From NCBI GenBank assembly GCA_963769935.1, contig CAVYNY010000032.1, forward strand, positions 192,001 through 256,000: DNA of 64,000 nt, read 5' to 3'. The position numbers and the translations under genes were made by a program. This document shows positions 58,377-64,000 of this stretch, one piece after another (the stretch's first letter is position 1; every line of letters starts with the position of its first letter). The notes below the pieces were generated by a model. It saw only the letters and a list, made by a program, of their open reading frames with translations, searched no databases and was not told the origin of the DNA. This stretch comes from an uncultured delta proteobacterium (GTDB lineage Bacteria; Desulfobacterota; Desulfobacteria; Desulfobacterales; JAFDCJ01).

Positions 58377-58411
58377 CTGGAGTATTGGAGTATTGGATTG
58401 ATGGAGTATTG
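58377..58411. repeat. 8-bp tandem array (TGGAGTAT)
   Basis: tggagtat tggagtat tggattga tggagtat tg. Confidence 0.8.
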
Positions 58412-58457
58412 ATAGAAACAATAGTGGAAATTTTCCATTAGGCACGGGGAGGCGGTT

Positions 58458-59579
58458 ATGCCGCTGGTATGTGGATCCAAGGAATTAATGGACGATGTTC
58501 ATAAACGGGAATTGTGCATCGGGTGCGGTGCCTGCGTGGATATCTGCCCCTACTTTAAAAACTACAAAGGCAAAACCTCCCAATTATTTCCGTGCACGCT
58601 GGATCAGGGGCGCTGTTTTGCCTATTGCCCCAAGGCCGAGGTGGACCTGGATCACCTCTCCCGGCAGATATGCGGGGTTCCCTACGACGGCAGCCCGCTG
58701 GGAAACTACCGCGAGGTGCTGGCCGGCCGGGCCGGCCGGAGAATCGAGCGGGCCTCATTTCAGGCCGGCGGTACCGTATCGGCGCTGCTGGCATTTGCAA
58801 TGGAAAAAGGCATGATTGATGCAGCGGCCCTCACCGACCGTGAGGCGCTGACGCCGGTTGCGCGTCTGGTGACAAACCGGCGCGATATTGCCGGCTGCGC
58901 CGCCTCCAAGTTTATGGCCGCTCCGACCGTATCCTCGGTTAACAGGGCCGTGCGTGAAGGCTATACCCGCATCGGGGTAGTTGGAACACCCTGCCAGATG
59001 GTGGCGGTGGCGCAAATGCGCTGTAATCCCCTGGCCAAAGCCGAACACCGCATCCCGCTTGCGTTCGCGGTCGGGCTGTTCTGCAACTGGTCGCTGGATA
59101 CCCGGCAGCTGATTGACCTGATGTCGCAAAAGGTCGACCTATCGGGCCTCCGGGGCATGGACATCCCGCCGCCGCCGGCCGCCGCCATGGTGCTGGACAC
59201 TGAAAACGGACCGGTCGAAATACCGCTTTCTGAGATCAAACCGCTTATACCGCACACCTGCTTTATCTGCCCGGACATGACCTCGGAACTGGCCGATGTC
59301 TCCGTCGGAATGTTCGAAGGGCGGCCGCACTGGAACACGCTGATCATTCGTTCCGACAAAGGGGCCGAGGTGGTCGACCAGGCCCGGCGGGAGGGGTTTC
59401 TCGAAACGGAAGATTTTCCCGCCCAGAATTTAAAACATCTCTCCCGGGCCGCCGCCGACAAAAAGGACCGTTCGCTGAGAACGCTGCTTCGCAGGGGGCT
59501 GATCAATAACCAGGACGGTGAACGGGCGGCCCTGCGGATACCGCCGGCAGTGGTGGAGAAGATTTTAAATAAAGGTTAG
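58458..59579 (+). CDS. FrhB/FdhB-family (F420 hydrogenase beta-like) iron-sulfur flavoprotein
   Basis: CIGCGACVDICP, QAGGTVSALL, VGTPCQ, GLFC, C..C.D...ELADVSVG. Confidence 0.88.
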   Translation: MPLVCGSKELMDDVHKRELCIGCGACVDICPYFKNYKGKTSQLFPCTLDQGRCFAYCPKAEVDLDHLSRQICGVPYDGSPLGNYREVLAGRAGRRIERASFQAGGTVSALLAFAMEKGMIDAAALTDREALTPVARLVTNRRDIAGCAASKFMAAPTVSSVNRAVREGYTRIGVVGTPCQMVAVAQMRCNPLAKAEHRIPLAFAVGLFCNWSLDTRQLIDLMSQKVDLSGLRGMDIPPPPAAAMVLDTENGPVEIPLSEIKPLIPHTCFICPDMTSELADVSVGMFEGRPHWNTLIIRSDKGAEVVDQARREGFLETEDFPAQNLKHLSRAAADKKDRSLRTLLRRGLINNQDGERAALRIPPAVVEKILNKG

Positions 59580-59692
59580 CCGAGTTGGCCCGTCAGCCCG
59601 TTGAGCCCGTTAGGCGACTAACAGATAGTAAAATGGAAATGTTCATCAGCTTAACCGGCTAAACCGGCAAACGGGCCAACCGGCTTAACCGA
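59576..59692. repeat. Inverted 8/9-bp-array element (GCCCGTT / AACCGGC)
   Basis: ttagccgagttggcccgtcagcccgttgagcccgtt ... aaccggctaaaccggcaaacgggccaaccggcttaacc. Confidence 0.8.
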
Positions 59693-59718
59693 ATATGTTT
59701 TCTTAACACGGAGGCAGC

Positions 59719-61653
59719 ATGTCAGTTGTTTCAACCGGCCGCCAGGGAGAGCGGCATTTGCTGATGGGCAACGAAGCCATTGCCCGCGGCGCGCTGGAAG
59801 CCGGCGTCAGTGTCGTCGCCGGGTACCCCGGAACGCCTTCATCCGAAATTGTCGAAACTCTGGCCAAGGTTTCCAAAGGCCATAATCTATACGTCGAGTG
59901 GTCGGTCAATGAAAAAGTGGCCATGGAGGTAACGGCGGCCGCATCATTTGCCGGCTTGCGATCGCTTTGCGTGATGAAGCAAAACGGCGTCAACGTGGGT
60001 TCGGATTTCCTGCTGCATTTGGCGCTGACCGGAACCCGGGGCGGCATGGTACTGGTACACTGTGATGATCCCGGTGCCCTTTCCAGCGCCAACGAAGGCG
60101 AATCGCGCCACTTTGCCCGCATGCTGGAATTGCCGCTGCTGGAGCCCGGCGATTTTCAGGAAGCCCACGACATGGTCAAATGGGCCTTTGAGCTTTCCGA
60201 GCGGATCCGCAATGTTGTCATGGTGCGCAGTGTCACCCGCCTGTCCCATGCCAGCGGCAGCGTTGTTTTCGGGAAGCTGCCGGATGTGACACGCAAGGCG
60301 TATTTTAAACACGGCGGATTTATCCTCGATCCGGCCGAAGGGCCTATGGCAAGCCTGCCGGCACCATACAGGCACCAGCAGCAGCAGGAAAAATTCAAGA
60401 CGGTTGTGGCTGAATTTGAAAAGTCGCCGTTTAATTTCTATAGCGGCCCTGAAGCACCGGAACTGCTGGTAATTACCGGCAGCGCCTGTAATCTTTACTG
60501 CCGCGAAGCCATCCATCTGCTGGAGGTGGAGAATCGCGTCGGTTTGCTGAAACTGGGCACCACCTGGCCTCTGCCGCCGCGGTTGCTGGAAAAACATCTG
60601 CGTCTGGCGGATAAAATTCTGATTGTCGAAGAGGTCATTGCCTTTCTGGAGGAAAATGTCAAAATTCTGGCGGCTGAACTCGCGGCCAAAATCGGAATTA
60701 AAACCTTTTACGGCAAACGCGAAGGCAATATCCCCGCCTTTAATGAAATGACGCCGGATCTGGTGGTGGCTGCCCTGGCGCAAATCCTGCAGATCGACTA
60801 CCGGCCCGTTCCGCAGGCGTATGCCGAACGTGCACAGGAGCTGGGCGCTTCAGGCGCCCCCGGACGCGATCTCACATTTTGCGCCGGCTGTCCCCATCGG
60901 GCCTCGTTTTGGACCCTGCACAATGTCCTTCAGATGGATGGGCGCGACGGATTTGTGTGCGGCGATATCGGATGCTATTCCATGGCCGCGCTGCCCACCG
61001 GTTTCAGTACCTTAAAGACCCTGCATTCCATGGGCAGCGGGGTGGGGCTTGCCAGCGGCTTCGGCAAGCTGGGCCGGTTCGGGATGGACCAGCCGGTTCT
61101 GGCCGCCGTGGGCGACTCGACCTTTTTCCACGCGGTCCTGCCGGCGCTGATCAACGCGGTTCACCATCAATCCGACATCACGGTCGTGGTGCTCGACAAC
61201 AGCGGCACGGCCATGACCGGCTTTCAGCCCCATCCGGGGCTGCCGGTGGATGCCGCTGGAAACGAGGCGCCGGCCATCGACATTGCCGGGGTTTGTGAGG
61301 CCATGGGGGCCGTCACCAGGACCTGCGATCCGTTTGACATCGACGGCACCCGCCGGACCCTGCTCGAACTCCTTGAGATCAAAGGGCTGAAGGTCCTTGT
61401 TTTAAAGCAGTTGTGCGCCCTGAGTCCGGCCAGGAAGGCCCAAAAAATGTATGCAGTGACGGTGGATGCAAATATCTGCCTCGGACAGTCCTGCGGCTGT
61501 AATCAGCTGTGCACCCGCGTATTTAAGTGTCCCGGTTTGAACTGGGACAAGGAAAAACGGGTATCCGCAATCGACGAGGTGATTTGCGCCGGCTGCGGCG
61601 TATGCGCGTCGATTTGTCCTGCGGGGGCTATTCAGAGAAAGGAGGTCGCCTGA
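59719..61653 (+). CDS. iorA: Indolepyruvate:ferredoxin oxidoreductase alpha subunit
   Basis: GNEAIARGA, YPGTPSSE, NEKVA, CAGCPH, GDIGCY, GDSTFFH, LDNSGTAMTG, C-terminal ferredoxin. Confidence 0.93.
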   Translation: MSVVSTGRQGERHLLMGNEAIARGALEAGVSVVAGYPGTPSSEIVETLAKVSKGHNLYVEWSVNEKVAMEVTAAASFAGLRSLCVMKQNGVNVGSDFLLHLALTGTRGGMVLVHCDDPGALSSANEGESRHFARMLELPLLEPGDFQEAHDMVKWAFELSERIRNVVMVRSVTRLSHASGSVVFGKLPDVTRKAYFKHGGFILDPAEGPMASLPAPYRHQQQQEKFKTVVAEFEKSPFNFYSGPEAPELLVITGSACNLYCREAIHLLEVENRVGLLKLGTTWPLPPRLLEKHLRLADKILIVEEVIAFLEENVKILAAELAAKIGIKTFYGKREGNIPAFNEMTPDLVVAALAQILQIDYRPVPQAYAERAQELGASGAPGRDLTFCAGCPHRASFWTLHNVLQMDGRDGFVCGDIGCYSMAALPTGFSTLKTLHSMGSGVGLASGFGKLGRFGMDQPVLAAVGDSTFFHAVLPALINAVHHQSDITVVVLDNSGTAMTGFQPHPGLPVDAAGNEAPAIDIAGVCEAMGAVTRTCDPFDIDGTRRTLLELLEIKGLKVLVLKQLCALSPARKAQKMYAVTVDANICLGQSCGCNQLCTRVFKCPGLNWDKEKRVSAIDEVICAGCGVCASICPAGAIQRKEVA

Positions 61654-61656
61654 GCC

Positions 61657-62286
61657 ATGACAAACAACCGCCTGCCGTTTGATCCCTATAACGTTATTAT
61701 AACCGGTGTCGGGGGTCAGGGAAACGTGATGGCCTCCCGGGTTGTCGGCCGGATGATGTCGCGCCGGGGACTCACGGTCACCATCGGGGAGACCTTCGGT
61801 GCCTCCCAGCGCGGCGGTTCGGTGATGAGCCATTTGCGGATATCCAAAGAATCTTACTGGTCTCCGCAAATTCCCAAAGGCAGGTGCCACCTGGTACTCT
61901 CGCTGGAACCCACCGAAGCCATTCGTGTGCTGATGAATTACGGCAACCCGAACGTCACCGTTATCTGCAATACCCGGCCCATTCACGCCATCGGCGTGAT
62001 TTCCGGCGATCAGCAATACCCTGCCATGGACGATATCAAAGGCTGGGTTGCAGAATTATCGGCCGCCTGCTGGTTTCTGGATGCCACCGCCAGGGCTATG
62101 GAACTGGGCAATCCGATTCTGGGCAATATCATGATGATCGGCGCCGCCGCCGGCATCGGCGCCCTGCCCATAGACCGGGAAAGTTTTGCGGCTGTCATCG
62201 CGGCCGTCCTGTCCGCCGACAAGCTGGATGTCAACCTGCAGGCTTATGATTTGGGCGTCGGCATGGTTAGCGTCAACGTCGAATAA
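61657..62286 (+). CDS. iorB: Indolepyruvate:ferredoxin oxidoreductase beta subunit
   Basis: GVGGQG, ASQRGGSVMSHLR, NIMMIGA. Confidence 0.92.
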   Translation: MTNNRLPFDPYNVIITGVGGQGNVMASRVVGRMMSRRGLTVTIGETFGASQRGGSVMSHLRISKESYWSPQIPKGRCHLVLSLEPTEAIRVLMNYGNPNVTVICNTRPIHAIGVISGDQQYPAMDDIKGWVAELSAACWFLDATARAMELGNPILGNIMMIGAAAGIGALPIDRESFAAVIAAVLSADKLDVNLQAYDLGVGMVSVNVE

Positions 62287-62561
62287 ATCTGGAAAAGAGT
62301 TTAGGCGGGATCAGTGCCAAACCGGCGCTTATCGCAAGGCGAGGCGGATGTTTGCTCCTTGATGCTTGAGGCCGCTGTATTTCACAGATCCGTCCGGGGA
62401 AATCGCCGGCCGAATTAACGGTACGCATTGTCTGGTGAAAGCGATGAGGCCGGAAGGAGCGGATTATTTAGGCCTGCCTTTTGTATTTTACTATTGCATA
62501 TTGAGGTGTATTCATTATAAGTTGACAAAAACACTTTATGGAAAGCCGATGAGGTGGAGCT

Positions 62562-62792
62562 ATGGTAGAGTTGATTGCCACAATTGCAAGAGCGCTTGTC
62601 GATCAACCGGATCAGGTATCGGTTGCTGAAATTAAAGGCAGCCACAGCTCAGTCCTGGAACTCAAGGTTGCCAAAAGCGACATGGGCAAGATCATTGGCA
62701 AGCATGGCAGGACAGCCCAGGCAATTCGGACGATATTAAGCGCGGCTTCCGGCAAGACCGGCGCAAGGTACGTGCTTGAAATTCTGGAGTGA
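62562..62792 (+). CDS. khpA: KH-domain RNA-binding protein (KhpA/YlqC family)
   Basis: [27 protein letters not shown]. Confidence 0.9.
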   Translation: MVELIATIARALVDQPDQVSVAEIKGSHSSVLELKVAKSDMGKIIGKHGRTAQAIRTILSAASGKTGARYVLEILE

Positions 62793-63052
62793 CCTGGTGG
62801 GAACATAAAGCTGCGAAAATCAGCATCCTATCGTCGTTGACCCCCTGGCGCGAACCCGGCCTGTTGGCAATTTACCCTGATGGAAAGCCAAATCCACAGA
62901 GCCTAAAGATCATATCAAATCCCCATCCTATCCCCCCCCGGGCGGGCTTGAGCCCTGAACCTGGAATCGTGACCACTTCAGGTAGTATGTAAACTTTATT
63001 GCCGGGATGTCCGTCTAATAGGTTAAAATCTCACAAAGGAAGGAGAAAACCT

Positions 63053-63382
63053 ATGAAGACGCTAATCAAGAAAATTTTGCTGATCGCTGCTGCTATGGTA
63101 TTTTTCAGTGCCGGAGTTTCGTTCGCACAGGACCGCAATCCAGGACATGGTTACAACAACTCGCGCGGGCATGCCCCGGGGCAGTTCCATAAAACACCCG
63201 CTTATCGTGCGGCCAAGCCCAGAACCAATTATTATGCTTATAGGAATCCCGGATACGCCGCCGGGCATTATTATAGAGGACGGTATTATCCGAAAAAGAA
63301 TTACACGGATCATAACTATTACCGTCATTACAATAGATATCCCTCGCACGATACGTTCTTTTTCGGTTTTTCGGTGCGCTAA
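63053..63382 (+). CDS. Hypothetical secreted Tyr/His/Arg-rich protein
   Basis: AGGAG RBS, Sec signal ending VSFA, low-complexity body, C-terminal FFFGFSVR. Confidence 0.7.
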   Translation: MKTLIKKILLIAAAMVFFSAGVSFAQDRNPGHGYNNSRGHAPGQFHKTPAYRAAKPRTNYYAYRNPGYAAGHYYRGRYYPKKNYTDHNYYRHYNRYPSHDTFFFGFSVR

Positions 63383-63458
63383 ACTGGTGTTGTTGAATCC
63401 GTATCCAGGTTCGGCGGTTCGGGAGGTTCGGCAAGGCGTCCAATCTCACAAAAAAATG

Positions 63459-63492
63459 AAAGGTCGGCAGCGTTATTGCGGCCGGCCTTTTC
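63459..63492 (+). terminator. Possible intrinsic terminator
   Basis: aaaggtcggc agcgttattgc ggccggcctttt. Confidence 0.5.
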
Positions 63493-63557
63493 CCAACTTT
63501 TTAGGATTGCCGCTTTGGCTTGAATAAACGATCAACGATTTCATTTTGCTTTCCCCC

Positions 63558-63712
63558 GGCTCGGTGGTGGCCATCAGTATTTGCGGCAGTATTTCGACCA
63601 CATAAACCTCAAGCCCCATCTGCCGAAGCACGACAGCAACTTCGACACCGATATATCCCCCCCCCACGATGACGGCTTTCTGTCCTTTGTCGGCCAGGCG
63701 GCGCAACGCATC
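63558..63712 (-). pseudogene. Fragment of a pyridine nucleotide-disulfide oxidoreductase (NADH oxidase/CoA-disulfide reductase type)
   Basis: DALRRLADKGQKAVIVGGGYIGVEVAVVLRQMGLEVYVVEILPQIL: NAD-binding motif only. Confidence 0.75.
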
Positions 63713-63940
63713 GCAGCACACGGAAAACCTGCCCGCTGATAGCAGTCAATTGTTTGGCCCTGACCGAATCGCTGCTGAAAAGCGAACTCTTCATTTCATC
63801 GATCGGCAAGTCCGTAAAACCGGCAAAGACATTAAGGGGATTTCCCAGCACGCCATGCGTATTTTCCTGGACCACGCCTGGCCGGGAAATGTTCGCGAGC
63901 TTGAAAATGCCATTGAGCATGCCTTGGTTTTTGAGTGCAG
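63709..63940 (+). pseudogene. Internally deleted sigma-54 activator (NtrC-family AAA+) fragment
   Basis: HRSTRKTCPLIAVNCLALTESLLKSELF joins out of frame at 63792 to HFIDRQ...AMRIFLDHAWPGNVRELENAIEHA. Confidence 0.8.
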
Positions 63941-64000
63941 GCCCCAATGCGGATGCCAATTTATCAGGTTGGTTTTTGACTGCCGCGCGTTGGCCGGCAG

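Noticed and set aside
1..64000. tRNA, rRNA, prophage, intact IS or defence system
   Set aside because: None was recognised by eye; tRNAscan-SE, Rfam and HMM scans would be needed to exclude small or divergent ones.

Overview
This is a 64-kb chromosomal segment. Gene content and order suggest a Desulfobacterota (Desulfobacterales-like) anaerobe; that assignment is inference. Bases 0.8-12 kb hold mixed metabolic genes: tesB, an archaeal-type riboflavin kinase plus HAD, ggt, a solA-like oxidase and an MBL hydrolase. Bases 12.5-32.6 kb hold a large LPS core/lipid A locus with three GT9s, two Kdo/WaaP-family kinase genes, a sulfotransferase, waaA, lpxL, several GT2/GT4s, a deacetylase and a translationally coupled B12-binding radical SAM enzyme. 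Bases 32.7-54.3 kb are housekeeping: yicC-remA-gmk-rlmB-comF-rfaE2-pgeF-pyrK, F0 atp genes, uvrA, a divergent frameshifted dnaA, suhB, hflX, dnaB, rplI, rpsR and rpsF. Bases 54.9-62.3 kb hold an SDR / acyl-CoA synthetase / FrhB-like / IorAB cluster, and the window ends in gene fragments. I found no rRNA, tRNA, CRISPR array or intact transposase. The strongest unexplained signal is non-coding. About 30 intergenic segments carry degenerate 7-, 8- or 9-bp tandem arrays of many different motifs, often as inverted arms around a short core. Six spacers carry one modular composite element, and small hairpin cassettes sit nested inside other repeats. All calls come from reading motifs by eye; no database searches were run.
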